A stretch of DNA of 61,358 nucleotides, filler included, from Candidatus Omnitrophota bacterium (GTDB taxonomy: Bacteria; Omnitrophota; Gorgyraeia; JAGLLT01), in NCBI GenBank assembly GCA_023140385.1. It is 4 parts of 4 records of this genome, joined end to end, with 100 filler letters (N's around TTAATTAATTAA, not from the genome) between each part and the next. Parts side by side here need not be neighbours in the genome. Positions count along the whole stretch, not along the records: positions 38,644 to 47,430 come from JAGLLT010000046.1; positions 47,531 to 61,358 come from JAGLLT010000049.1; 2 more parts are not named here. The stretch is one strand, 5' to 3'. A program made the position numbers and the translations under genes. The number at the start of each line of letters is the position of its first letter. Position 1 is the first letter of the stretch. This document shows, piece by piece, positions 40,575-50,739 of this stretch. The notes under the pieces were generated by a model. It worked only from the letters and a program-made list of their open reading frames with translations, searched no databases and had not been told where the DNA came from.

Positions 40575-41805
40575 CCTAATGAAAATCGCCGTAAGAAATC
40601 TCGTGAGATACAAAAGAAGGACATTTCTCACGGCTTCACTAATTACCATAGGGGTTGTCTTTGTGCTTGTATTTATAGCTCTGTCAGGTTCGTTCAAAAA
40701 CATGATGGTCAGTCAGATCACAGACTCTTTTCTCGGCCATATGCAGATACATAAAAAGGGTTATGTGGCATCAATAGATACTCTGCCTCTAACAATGAAC
40801 ATGGGAACGCAAGCTATAAAAAAAGTGAAAAAAGCGATAAGTGATGTTCCTGAGATAGAAGCATATTCAATGAGGATAAAATTCGGAGGAATGTTCAGTA
40901 ATTTTATTGAGACCACTAATATTAGGCTTAACGGAGTTTATCCCGAAGAAGAGATGAAAGCCGCCCCACTCTTTCCGGAGAGAATAATAGAGGGGGAAAA
41001 GCATATAGTAAAGGGAGAGATACTCGTTCCCGAACTACTCGCGAAAGGGATGAAGGTCAAGTTGGGCGATGTGATTGTTATTGTAGCCACCAACAAGGAC
41101 GGCTCGGTCAATGGGAAACAATTCAAGGTCGGCGGAATCCTGGAGAGCGCGACCGGTCCCGGAGGCAGGGACGGATATATTCACATTGATGACGCGCTTG
41201 AGGTTCTCAGGATGGATGAGCTTCAGATAAGTGAAATAGCTTTGAGGATCAATAATTTTGCTAACCTTGGCGCCGTTCACGCTAAACTCAGCGGTATTCT
41301 TTCACGGGAATTAAACAAAGAGGGGAAGCCTATCTTTGAGGTTCATACATGGGAGAAATTATCACCCTTCTATAACATTGCCAGGATGATAGATCTTATG
41401 ACATTTTCAATTAAGCTGATGCTCATAGCCATCGTACTGGTCAGCATCATGAATGTTATGATAATGGCGGTATATGAAAGGATAAGGGAGATCGGTACGA
41501 TTGCCGCGATGGGAACATTGCCGAAGAAAATTCTTTCCATGTTTCTTGTTGAGGGATTTTCTCTTGGGATCCTGGGGGCGGTGATTGGTAATGTTATTGG
41601 CGTATCAATTGTTTATATTCTTAATATTTCCAAGATTACCTTTAATTTTGGGAGACAGACAGGACTTGTTCTTGAGCCAACTGTTAATTTTATTGATATT
41701 TTTACCATTTCAACAATAGTGATAATAGTTTCCGTGCTCGCGAGCCTTCAGCCCGCGTTCAAGGCTTCACGCATGGAACCAATTAAAGCCTTAAGGCATG
41801 TATAG
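40567..41805 (+). CDS. FtsX-like ABC permease (LolC/E type)
   Basis: A.RNL.R..RR, ERIREIGT..AMG, PA.KASRMEPI.ALR. Confidence 0.9.
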   Translation: MFSLMKIAVRNLVRYKRRTFLTASLITIGVVFVLVFIALSGSFKNMMVSQITDSFLGHMQIHKKGYVASIDTLPLTMNMGTQAIKKVKKAISDVPEIEAYSMRIKFGGMFSNFIETTNIRLNGVYPEEEMKAAPLFPERIIEGEKHIVKGEILVPELLAKGMKVKLGDVIVIVATNKDGSVNGKQFKVGGILESATGPGGRDGYIHIDDALEVLRMDELQISEIALRINNFANLGAVHAKLSGILSRELNKEGKPIFEVHTWEKLSPFYNIARMIDLMTFSIKLMLIAIVLVSIMNVMIMAVYERIREIGTIAAMGTLPKKILSMFLVEGFSLGILGAVIGNVIGVSIVYILNISKITFNFGRQTGLVLEPTVNFIDIFTISTIVIIVSVLASLQPAFKASRMEPIKALRHV

Positions 41806-41815
41806 GAAGGATCAT

Positions 41816-42544
41816 ATGATTAAAATTTTGTTTGTGTTTATGTCTCTGATATTAGCGGTTCCAGCTTACGCGGTAGACGGCAATGAACTTCTGGAGCAGG
41901 TTGACAGGAACCTTAACCCCGAATCCTATGAAGCTTATAAAAAATTGATCAATATTGAGCCCGACGGAAGCAAGAAAGAGTTTGTACTCTTTACCGTAAA
42001 AAAAGGGAAAAATAAAGTGGCTGCCATGTTTATTTCACCGGCAAGTGAAAAGGGGAGGAGCACACTGAGGCTTGATGACAACATGTGGCTTTATATTCCT
42101 AATGTAGGAAGGCCGATTCGCATAACAAGCCTTCAGTCGGTCGTTGGAGGAGTGTTCAATAACGCGGATATATTACGGCTTGATTATACCTCGGAATACA
42201 ATGTGGAGCAAGTTGAGGAAAATAGCGAGGAATATCTTCTGCATCTCAAGGCAAAAACAAATACTGTTGCTTACGACAAACTGAAAATGTGGGTGAATAG
42301 GGATAATATGCTGCCGTCAAAGATTGAGAGCCTTACAGAGGATTCTATGTTAATTAAAACTCTTTATTTCAAAGAGATTAAAGATTTTGGGGATGGCATA
42401 GTTAGGCCGTCTGTTGTCGAGACGGACAGCCCTCTTTATAAAGGTTATAAGTCGATTATAATCTTCGCGAAAATTAAAGAAAAGGAATTTAATGATGAGG
42501 TGTTTACTCTAACGTTTATGCCTAATATGGATTCATTAAGATAA
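41816..42544 (+). CDS. outer-membrane lipoprotein-sorting (LolA-like) protein
   Basis: Signal peptide, F.SPASEKG, NMWLYIP; typical operon position. Confidence 0.8.
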   Translation: MIKILFVFMSLILAVPAYAVDGNELLEQVDRNLNPESYEAYKKLINIEPDGSKKEFVLFTVKKGKNKVAAMFISPASEKGRSTLRLDDNMWLYIPNVGRPIRITSLQSVVGGVFNNADILRLDYTSEYNVEQVEENSEEYLLHLKAKTNTVAYDKLKMWVNRDNMLPSKIESLTEDSMLIKTLYFKEIKDFGDGIVRPSVVETDSPLYKGYKSIIIFAKIKEKEFNDEVFTLTFMPNMDSLR

Positions 42545-43839
42545 TGAGATTGTTGGCCCTGTTTATTTTTATGATTGTACTTTCCCCGCGGTTAATTTTT
42601 GCCGAATCTGAATATTCTTTTGATTTAGATGAAATAGAGAAAAAAGCGTACAGCTTGGGAGGTTATATTGAAACCCGTCCCGTTTTTCTCGTGTTCGACA
42701 AGGATTCAGCTCTCTATAAGCTGAAATTGTACAATCAGGATGAGGGAAAAACATCGGAAGAATATAATGTAACGCTGCAGCTTGAAGGGAGTTATGAAAA
42801 AGGTATCGCGAAGCTTTACACAAAAATAAACGCGGACTTGCGGCAATCCTACCTTGGATGGTCCGATACTACGAGTGTTTTGGAAGGATACCTTTCTCTT
42901 AAACCTTCTTCGTCTTTTACCATTAATGCCGGGAAGAAAGCGCTGAAATGGGGTAAGGGATACGCGTGGACACCGGCCGCCTTTGCGGACAGGACGAAGA
43001 ATCCCGATGACCCCGATCTATCTCTTGAGGGCTTTATCGGTTTGTCGGCTGATTACATTAAAAGTTATTCCGGCCCATTAAAGACCATTTCTTTTACTCC
43101 TGTTTTAATTCCGGTTTATGACGATGTAAATAATGACTTTGGAGAGACGGATCATGTAAATTTTGCCGGAAAACTATATCTTTTGCTATATGATACTGAT
43201 ATTGATTTTATAATACTTACCGGCGGCAGTAAAACTACAAGATTTGGTTTTGATTTTTCAAGAAATATCACTTCAAACCTTGAGATACATGGTGAGTTCG
43301 CGTTTATTAATAATTTCGGGAAAAAAATCGTTAATAACACGGGGAATACTTTTGTTAATAAACATGACGCGAAGAGCGGCCTCTTTGGTGTCAGATATCT
43401 TACTGAATCGGATACAACATTTATTGTCGAATATTATCATAATGGTACGGGATTTACCGATGGGGAGATGGAAGATTATTTTTCTTTTATCAATACAGCA
43501 TATGAAGTGTATACTTCTTCAGGAAATGATAATGATCTACAAAAGGCGTTAAATCTTACAGAAGGTAATTATGGGAAGATGAATCCTATGAGGAATTACC
43601 TTTACGCGCGCGTCAGCCAAAAAGAACCTTTTGACATTCTTTATTTTACCCCCGCCATAACAGGAATATTAAATATCAACGACGGAAGTTTTTCAATTTC
43701 ACCTGAGATTATGTATACCGGTATCACAAATTTGGAACTGAGATTTAAAACCGGTTTTCTAATAGGGCAAAGTAACAGTGAGTATGGAGAAAAGCTGAAT
43801 AATTGCAGGGCTGAATTTAGGATGAGATATTATTTTTAA
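42544..43839 (+). CDS. putative outer-membrane beta-barrel protein
   Basis: Signal peptide, GKK.L.WG.G..W.P, C-terminal RYYF. Confidence 0.65.
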   Translation: MRLLALFIFMIVLSPRLIFAESEYSFDLDEIEKKAYSLGGYIETRPVFLVFDKDSALYKLKLYNQDEGKTSEEYNVTLQLEGSYEKGIAKLYTKINADLRQSYLGWSDTTSVLEGYLSLKPSSSFTINAGKKALKWGKGYAWTPAAFADRTKNPDDPDLSLEGFIGLSADYIKSYSGPLKTISFTPVLIPVYDDVNNDFGETDHVNFAGKLYLLLYDTDIDFIILTGGSKTTRFGFDFSRNITSNLEIHGEFAFINNFGKKIVNNTGNTFVNKHDAKSGLFGVRYLTESDTTFIVEYYHNGTGFTDGEMEDYFSFINTAYEVYTSSGNDNDLQKALNLTEGNYGKMNPMRNYLYARVSQKEPFDILYFTPAITGILNINDGSFSISPEIMYTGITNLELRFKTGFLIGQSNSEYGEKLNNCRAEFRMRYYF

Positions 43840-43899
43840 TCATTAACAGTTAATAGATATGCAAGAGTTTATACTAAAAGATTTTTCTTCTTTTTTTTC

Positions 43900-43929
43900 T
43901 TGACATAGTAAACGTTCGTACACTATAAT
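43900..43929 (+). promoter_or_regulatory. promoter with palindromic operator in the spacer
   Basis: TTGACA, 18 nt, TATAAT; TAGT-AA-ACG-TT-CGT-AC-ACTA at 43906-43925. Confidence 0.75.
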
Positions 43930-43938
43930 ATGGTTACT

Positions 43939-44520
43939 ATGCCAAGGGATTATTTTAAAGATAGAATAGAAAAGATAAAGGAGTTTTATCTTAGGAATAA
44001 AAGGATGCCGAGTTATTCTGAGGCGGCTTTCTTGTTTGGTTTTAGATCTAAGAATGCCGCTTATAAGCTTATTCGGAAATTAAAAGAATTAGGTTTTATA
44101 TATTCTGATGAAAAAGGCAGGCTCCTACCCGGTACTTTAAATAATCCTGTTAAGTTGTTAGGTAGTATTTCTGCCGGCTTTCCTTCGCCCGCGGAAGAAG
44201 AGCTGCAGGACACTATGTCTTTAGATGAATATCTTATAAATAACCCAACTTCAACTTATTTGCTTAAGGTTGAGGGGGATTCTATGATAGATGCCGGTAT
44301 TCATCCGGGCGATCTGGTATTGGTAGATAAAAGTGTTATTCCTAAGACAGGAGATATTGTAGTTGCCCAGGTTGATAGTGAGTGGACTCTAAAGTATTTT
44401 GAGAAAAGAGGCGGGGCCGTTTATCTGCGTCCGGCTAATAAGAAGTATCCTCTAATAAAACCCCGGGAAGAGCTTATTATCGGAGGAGTAGTTATTGCTA
44501 ATGTCAGAAAATATAAATAA
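43939..44520 (+). CDS. LexA/UmuD-type S24 autopeptidase repressor
   Basis: wHTH (RMPSYSE...FGFRSKNA), AGFPSPA cleavage site, V.GDSM, TLK. Confidence 0.88.
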   Translation: MPRDYFKDRIEKIKEFYLRNKRMPSYSEAAFLFGFRSKNAAYKLIRKLKELGFIYSDEKGRLLPGTLNNPVKLLGSISAGFPSPAEEELQDTMSLDEYLINNPTSTYLLKVEGDSMIDAGIHPGDLVLVDKSVIPKTGDIVVAQVDSEWTLKYFEKRGGAVYLRPANKKYPLIKPREELIIGGVVIANVRKYK

Positions 44521-45826
44521 CTACCCTCTGACTTTATCAAGTTATCCTAAAGCCATTATTCATGTAGACTGCGATGCCTTTTTTACCTCTTGCGAGGCGG
44601 CGGTTAAGCCTTCTTTAAAAGGTAAGCCCCTTATAACGGGAAGGGAAAGAGGTATTGTCTCCTGTGCCAGTTATGAGGCCAAGAAAATGGGCATTAAAAG
44701 GGGGATGCGGTTATTTGAAGTAGAGAGGGTGTGTCCTGGGTGTGTAATCCTGCCTTCTGATTATGAGACCTATAGTATATATTCCCAAAGGATGTTTTCT
44801 ATTTTAAGGCGCTTTACGCCTGAAGTAGAAGAGTATTCCATAGACGAAGCCTTCTGTGATCTTACCGGCTTGAGAAGAGTTTATCGCTGTTCTTATGAGA
44901 AGATCGCTCTTGAGATAAAAGAGGCCATTGAAAAAGAACTTGATTTTACAGTTTCTGTTGGATTAAGTATAAGCAAAAATTTAGCTAAGATATGCTCTAA
45001 AAAGGATAAGCCCTCCGGGTTTACCTGTATCCCCGGATATAAACTGCATCAATTTTTAAAAGAAGTTTCATTAGTTGAAGTCTGTGGGCTTGGGCCTAAT
45101 AGTATAGCTTTGCTAAATAAGCGCGGCGTAAGGTCAGTATATGATTTTGTAAATAAACCTCAGGAATTTGCCTCTAAGGTGTTGGGTAAAATAGGAAGAG
45201 AACTTTATCTGGAATTAAAGGGTATGGCTGTTTATAAGGTAGTAAGAGGCGAATTAGAGCATAAGTATTTATCTATAAGCAAGACCAAGACCTTTATGCC
45301 GCCATCAGATGAACGGGATTTTGTAAAGGCGCATTTGTTTAGGAATATGGAGTCAGCCTTTATTAAATTGAGGCGTCATAAGCAGAGTGTTAAAAAGATA
45401 ACAGTCTTTTTAAAGAAACAGGATTTTTCCTCTTATGGCTTAGAGGCCGAATTAAACAGACATTCTTCTGCTACTATGGATTTTACCAATATCGTAGAGG
45501 AATTATTTAATAAGATATATGAGGAAAAAGTGTTGTACAGAGCTACGGGGGTTATTTTAAGCAAACTGGCTAATGAGGGCCATGACGAGAGAACGTTGTT
45601 TGATGATGTTCTAAGAATAGAGAAGCTGAAGAGCTTATCCAAGGCTGCCGATAAGCTTAACAGTAAGTTTGGAAAGCATACCCTGCATCTGGGCGCGACC
45701 GAGTTTTTGAAAACACGTGATAGCGGTACTCATCCCAGGGCTAATGTAAGTGATAGGAAATTAGACCTTCTAAGGGGTGAGAATTTCAGAAAAAGATTGA
45801 ATATCCCTTTATTAAGGTTAAAATAA
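44495..45826 (+). CDS. Y-family DNA polymerase (DinB/UmuC-like)
   Basis: HVDCDAFFTSCE, ASYEAK, YSIDEAF, LAK......KPSG. Confidence 0.92.
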   Translation: MLMSENINNYPLTLSSYPKAIIHVDCDAFFTSCEAAVKPSLKGKPLITGRERGIVSCASYEAKKMGIKRGMRLFEVERVCPGCVILPSDYETYSIYSQRMFSILRRFTPEVEEYSIDEAFCDLTGLRRVYRCSYEKIALEIKEAIEKELDFTVSVGLSISKNLAKICSKKDKPSGFTCIPGYKLHQFLKEVSLVEVCGLGPNSIALLNKRGVRSVYDFVNKPQEFASKVLGKIGRELYLELKGMAVYKVVRGELEHKYLSISKTKTFMPPSDERDFVKAHLFRNMESAFIKLRRHKQSVKKITVFLKKQDFSSYGLEAELNRHSSATMDFTNIVEELFNKIYEEKVLYRATGVILSKLANEGHDERTLFDDVLRIEKLKSLSKAADKLNSKFGKHTLHLGATEFLKTRDSGTHPRANVSDRKLDLLRGENFRKRLNIPLLRLK

Positions 45827-45868
45827 TTTTTCTTTGTGCTGTAATAAAAAACAAAAGGAGGATAGAAA

Positions 45869-46084
45869 ATGGCTAAAAAAGGGCCTACAAAGTATGATAT
45901 AGCCAATAAAGAGATCGAAGAGCAGCAAGGACAGTGGGGTTATAATATGGGCAAAGCAAGGCGAAAAAAGATTGAGAAGAATCCCGCCGAAGGAGGCAGT
46001 CCCAAGGATGACAAGTACGACCAGATGAACCCGCTTGAAAAAGAAGGTTATAAAAGAGGATATAGCAAAAAGCCGGAAGATTAA
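45869..46084 (+). CDS. small hydrophilic hypothetical protein
   Basis: Strong AAGGAGG RBS; followed by a terminator. Confidence 0.55.
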   Translation: MAKKGPTKYDIANKEIEEQQGQWGYNMGKARRKKIEKNPAEGGSPKDDKYDQMNPLEKEGYKRGYSKKPED

Positions 46085-46134
46085 AGGTGTTAATACTCAA
46101 TAATTTATCGAATAAGGGAAGCAATGCCGGTTCG

Positions 46135-46167
46135 CCGCCTCAAGAGTTACCTTGAGGCGGTTTTTTT
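46135..46167 (+). terminator. Rho-independent terminator
   Basis: CCGCCTCAAG-agttac-CTTGAGGCGG followed by T7. Confidence 0.9.
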
Positions 46168-46204
46168 GGAGGTGCAGTTATTTAATCCGTAAGAAAAAAA
46201 GTTC

Positions 46205-46243
46205 TTGACAAATTTATAACTGATACTATAATAGTAGCAGTTA
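46205..46243 (+). promoter_or_regulatory. promoter and Rrf2-type operator
   Basis: TTGACA, 16 nt, TATAAT overlapped by TAACTGATACTAT-A-ATAGTAGCAGTTA. Confidence 0.75.
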
Positions 46244-46258
46244 ACTAATGAGGTTTTT

Positions 46259-46684
46259 ATGAAGTTATTTACAAAACATACAGATTACGCGATTAGGGCA
46301 TTGTTAGAGCTTGCCGGAAGCAAGGACGAATTTCTTTCAGCGCGGCAGATTGCCAAACAGCAACGCATACCCTATCAGTTTTTAAGGCAGATATTGCAAG
46401 GGTTAATCAAAAACAAATTAGTAATATCGAAAGAAGGGAGTGGAGGCGGCTTTAGGATTGACAAAGATCCCGATTTAATGTCAATAGTTGATATCATAGT
46501 GATTTTTCAGGGAAATATTCAGCTTTCAGACTGTATGTTCAGAAAGAAACTATGCGCTAACCGTTCGAATTGTGTCTTAAGAAAGCAGATTAATAGAATT
46601 GAAAAATTGGTAAACGAGGAGTTTAAGAGTGTTACCATAGGTAGTCTTTTAAAGGATTTAAAAAAACAAAGAAGGAGGTTTTAA
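46259..46684 (+). CDS. Rrf2 family regulator
   Basis: TDYAIRAL.ELA, FL..IL..L....LV.S..G.GGGF, three Cys. Confidence 0.92.
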   Translation: MKLFTKHTDYAIRALLELAGSKDEFLSARQIAKQQRIPYQFLRQILQGLIKNKLVISKEGSGGGFRIDKDPDLMSIVDIIVIFQGNIQLSDCMFRKKLCANRSNCVLRKQINRIEKLVNEEFKSVTIGSLLKDLKKQRRRF

Positions 46685-47430
46685 ATGTTTTGTTATCAGT
46701 GTCAGGAAACAATCAAGAACACCGGCTGTACAAAAGCAGGCGCCTGCGGGAAGAAAGAGCAGACCGCGAACTTGCAGGATTTGCTAATCTACGTTTTAAG
46801 GGGAATTGCTGTTTATGCTCAGAAAGCGAAAGAAAAGGGTATAAAGGATAATAGCTCGGGCTTATTTACAGCCCGGGCGCTTTTCGCGACGATTACAAAT
46901 GCTAATTTTGATGATGAGCGAATTATCGCGTTAATACGAGAAGGATTAACTATCCGCAGTGAACTTAAAGAGAAAGGCGGTATTTCCGCGAATGAACCCC
47001 TTCATGATGCCGCTTTGTGGTATGCTGATGATCTATCAGCATTTTATGATAAGGCAAAAGAAGTAGGCGTGCTTTCTACTGAAAATGAAGATGTACGTTC
47101 TCTTCGTGAATTACTTATCTATGGTTTAAAAGGACTGGCAGCCTATACAGACCACGCGGCCGTATTAGGATTTCAGAATGAAGAAATATATGAATTTATA
47201 ATGGAGGCCTTAGTATCGACAACGAGAGATCTTTCCGTTGATGAAATGGTTGCTCTTGTATTGAAAGCCGGAGAAACAGCTGTTGCCGCGATGGCTCTTT
47301 TGGATGAAGCAAATACGAAGACTTTCGGGAATCCTGAGATTACGAAAGTTAATCTTGGCGTTAGAAATAATCCCGGGATTCTTATCTCGGGGCATGACCT
47401 TAAGGATATGGAAGAGCTTTTAAAACAAAC
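46685..47430 (+). CDS. hcp: hybrid cluster protein (truncated by contig end)
   Basis: MFCYQCQET....GCT..G.CGK, TITNANFD, YGLKG.AAY, ILISGHDL. Confidence 0.96.
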
Positions 47431-47530
47431 NNNNNNNNNNNNNNNNNNNNNNNNNNNNNNNNNNNNNNNNNNNNTTAATTAATTAANNNNNNNNNNNNNN
47501 NNNNNNNNNNNNNNNNNNNNNNNNNNNNNN
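47431..47530. other. artificial contig spacer
   Basis: N-run with TTAATTAATTAA. Confidence 0.98.
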
Positions 47531-48024
47531 TGGAAGCTGCACCGGAAGAACTTCGACAAATCAAGGGACTGGGATCTCATAATATTTTTGGTCTGAAATT
47601 TTTTCAAGCACTTTCTACGCACTACGCAAAAGAAAAACTGTCCAAAAAGATCGCTCTTGATTCCCCGCAAGTTGTGGCAACTTTTCTTCAAGAAAAAATT
47701 GGTAGAGAGAAAAAGGAACATTTTTTTATTCTTAGCCTTGATTCAAGAAATAATTTGGTAAAGATGAACAATGTTTCAACTGGTACATTAGACGCAAGCT
47801 TGGTGCATCCCAGAGAAGTATTTAAAGAAGCAATTCAAGCATCCGCCGCCAAAGTAATCATTGCTCATAATCATCCGTCGGGCGATCCCGAACCATCAGA
47901 AGGCGATTTGGTAATAACAAATAGATTAGTTGAAGCTGGTAAAATTTTGGAAATAGCAGTGGTTGACCATATTATTATCACCAACGCTAACTTTTTAAGC
48001 TTTAAGGAACGCAAATTGTTATGA
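47531..48024 (+). CDS. radC: RadC protein (5' part missing)
   Basis: Frame open from contig edge (EELRQIKGLG HhH); VHPREVF, AHNHPSGDPEPS..D. Confidence 0.92.
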
Positions 48025-49979
48025 AACCAAAAATAAACAAACAAGATATTGAGTTTTTAATTGATTGCCTTAAAAGCGGAAAAGAAATTCCGGAAGTTTA
48101 TAAATACGCGATTTTCCCGACCAAGCAAAAAGAATACGAACTCGTCTATGCCGGAAAAATGCGAAAAGAGGATGTGCTGGCTGATACCGAGGAAGCAAAG
48201 CCGGTGCCGCTTCAAATTGAAAAGATTTTCAATGGCAAACAATATCCTCTTTACTCCAAGGATTGGCACAATCTTTTAGTTTTCGGCGACAATCTACAAA
48301 TCTTAAAAACTTTTAATGATAATAGGGACCTGTTCGTCAGAGGCAAGATTAAAGGCAAAGTAAAATTGGTTTATATTGACCCGCCCTTTGCTACTGAAAG
48401 TGATTTTGGCGCAAAGAGAGGACAAAAGGCGTATGCAGATAAAACAAAAGGGGCTGAGTTCATTGAATTTTTAAGAAAAAGACTCATCATTGCGCGTGAA
48501 TTGCTATCTGATGACGGATGTATTTACGTTCATCTTGATGGTAAAAAGGGGCACTATGCAAAAATAGTCTTAGATGAAATTTTTGGTGAAAGTAACTTTA
48601 TGAACGAGCTTATTTGGTTGTATTCAGGTCGTGAAATGACATATACATACTGGAATAGTAAACATCAAAATATTTTTCTATACGCAAAAAGTAGGGATGC
48701 GATGTATTTTGACTGGGAATCCGTAGGATTAGAACCTGCCCCAGAAGTTTTGAAACAATATAAACACATTGGTGAAGATGGAAAACGATATGTAATTAGA
48801 AATAATAAGGGGTCTAAAGGTCTTTCTGTTGAAGGGGCTGATACCTACCGACAGTATTATAAGCCAGTGCCCCCAAGAGATTGGTTTGAAATTCCTATTG
48901 TATCTTCTGGAGATGAAAATATTGACTATCCTACCCAGAAGCCTGAGAAGCTTTTAGAGAGGATAATTCGCGCTTCATCAAAAAAAGGAGATCTTGTTAT
49001 GGATTTCTTTTGCGGCAGCGGAACAGCACTTACAGTTGCCGAAAAACTTGGTCGCCGTTGGGTTGGCTGTGATATTGGGAAATTAGCAATTTACACAACA
49101 CAAAAACGACTTTTGGAAATTGATCAAAGCAAAGATTTGGAAAACCCAAAAAAGGAATACGGGAAACCGGCAAAATCTTTTACCGTTGTTACTTCTGGGC
49201 TTTATGATCTCGGAAAGATTTTTGCTTTGAAAAAGGATGAATATGTTCGTTTCGTGAAAGATTTGTTTGAAATTGAGGGAACAAAAACAACAAAAATTAG
49301 CGGAGTTGAAATTGATGGGAAAAAACGGGAATTTTACGTAAAAATCTTTCCGTATTGGGATTTTAAGAATACAAGTGTTGATGAAAAATATTTACAGGAA
49401 TTACACAAAAGTATCGGGAAGAAAATCGATGGGAGATTTTATATAATTGCACCGGCAAACAATGTTGATTTTATCAGCGACTACCACCAAATAAGTAATG
49501 TACGTTATTACTTTTTGAAAGTCCCATATCAAATTATTAAAGAATTGCACAAAGTGCAATTTAAGAAATTCCGTCAGCCGCAAAGCAAAAGCCAAATCAA
49601 TGACCTGGACGAAGCAATTGGTTTTCACTTTATCCGTCAACCAGAAGTAAAATCTGAAATTAAGAAATTGAAGGACAAAATTGTTTTAAAAATCAAAAAG
49701 TTTGAGTCTGCTTACTCGCAAGACGAAACCGGCGAAAAGCTTAAAAATTTTGAAAGTTTGGCAATGTTGCTTGTGGATTTAAATTATGACGGCGAAAAAT
49801 TTATGATGACAAATTACTTTTTTGCGCAGGACTTGCTCAATCATAAGAAAAGCGAAAAAGAAGAAAGCGAAGAAGAAATTATAAAAGAATTTCCGAAAAA
49901 GGATTGCGGCAAGCAAATTATGGCGATTTATGTTGATATTTACGGTAACGAATTTCGGGAAAAATTTAAGGTCAAATAA
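48021..49979 (+). CDS. type III RM methyltransferase (Mod)
   Basis: GDNL, YIDPPF, YPTQKPE.LLERII, DFFCGSGT. Confidence 0.9.
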   Translation: MKPKINKQDIEFLIDCLKSGKEIPEVYKYAIFPTKQKEYELVYAGKMRKEDVLADTEEAKPVPLQIEKIFNGKQYPLYSKDWHNLLVFGDNLQILKTFNDNRDLFVRGKIKGKVKLVYIDPPFATESDFGAKRGQKAYADKTKGAEFIEFLRKRLIIARELLSDDGCIYVHLDGKKGHYAKIVLDEIFGESNFMNELIWLYSGREMTYTYWNSKHQNIFLYAKSRDAMYFDWESVGLEPAPEVLKQYKHIGEDGKRYVIRNNKGSKGLSVEGADTYRQYYKPVPPRDWFEIPIVSSGDENIDYPTQKPEKLLERIIRASSKKGDLVMDFFCGSGTALTVAEKLGRRWVGCDIGKLAIYTTQKRLLEIDQSKDLENPKKEYGKPAKSFTVVTSGLYDLGKIFALKKDEYVRFVKDLFEIEGTKTTKISGVEIDGKKREFYVKIFPYWDFKNTSVDEKYLQELHKSIGKKIDGRFYIIAPANNVDFISDYHQISNVRYYFLKVPYQIIKELHKVQFKKFRQPQSKSQINDLDEAIGFHFIRQPEVKSEIKKLKDKIVLKIKKFESAYSQDETGEKLKNFESLAMLLVDLNYDGEKFMMTNYFFAQDLLNHKKSEKEESEEEIIKEFPKKDCGKQIMAIYVDIYGNEFREKFKVK

Positions 49980-49981
49980 TT

Positions 49982-50737
49982 ATGGCAGATTTAAAAACTA
50001 TTGATAAGCAAATATTGGAAAATCTCTTTGGAATGGGTGGAGGTTATGTTTTGGATTTTTCAGATAGAACAATAAGAGAATTTTTTGATGATGAATTAAG
50101 TGTTAATTTTTCTGATGAGAAATATAACTATGCAAGCGGGTCGAAAGCGAACAGAATGAGAGGGTTTTGGAAGAAGGCAGACAATATTCTTGCGGGCGAA
50201 AGCATTTTAAAATTAATTGAATACATTGAACACAAAATTATTTTGGATGAATTTAGGAGGAAGGACTACCCAGATAAAATAATCACTGCATCAAAAAAAA
50301 TAGCAAATAAGCTTTTTAATAAAACTGCCGTTGCACAAAAGGATGTAACTGTTAGAGCAGACATTATAAATGAACAAATAAGTATAGTTTTAAATAAAAA
50401 TGTTTTTTCACATGTACAGGGATTATTAAATAATGACCACTATTTTAATGCTGTTGAGGAAGCATATAAAATAGTAAGAGAAAAGCTTAAAGAAATCACT
50501 GGCAAAGAAAAGGCACATGAAGCTTTTAAAAAAGAAAATTACTCTATAATTTTTGGGCACCAGCCTAAAAACGATGCTGAATCAGATTTTTTTGACGGAG
50601 TAAAATTTTTGCATATGGCGATCCAATTTTTGAGAAATGAAAAAGCCCATACTCCAGCCAAGGAAATAGATAAAAATTTAGCCATTCATTATATCGTTTT
50701 GGCTAGTTTGGCTTATGACTTAATTGATAGGAATTAA
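49982..50737 (+). CDS. AbiJ-NTD-like + TIGR02391 domain protein
   Basis: LFGMGGGYVLDFSDRT..EFF...GSKANR.R.FW N-terminus; Y.NAV.EA.K, RNEKAH C-terminus. Confidence 0.75.
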   Translation: MADLKTIDKQILENLFGMGGGYVLDFSDRTIREFFDDELSVNFSDEKYNYASGSKANRMRGFWKKADNILAGESILKLIEYIEHKIILDEFRRKDYPDKIITASKKIANKLFNKTAVAQKDVTVRADIINEQISIVLNKNVFSHVQGLLNNDHYFNAVEEAYKIVREKLKEITGKEKAHEAFKKENYSIIFGHQPKNDAESDFFDGVKFLHMAIQFLRNEKAHTPAKEIDKNLAIHYIVLASLAYDLIDRN

Positions 50738-50739
50738 TT

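Noticed and set aside
39870..43839. Lol-like ABC/LolA-like/barrel operon as a novelty
   Set aside because: Widespread four-gene arrangement
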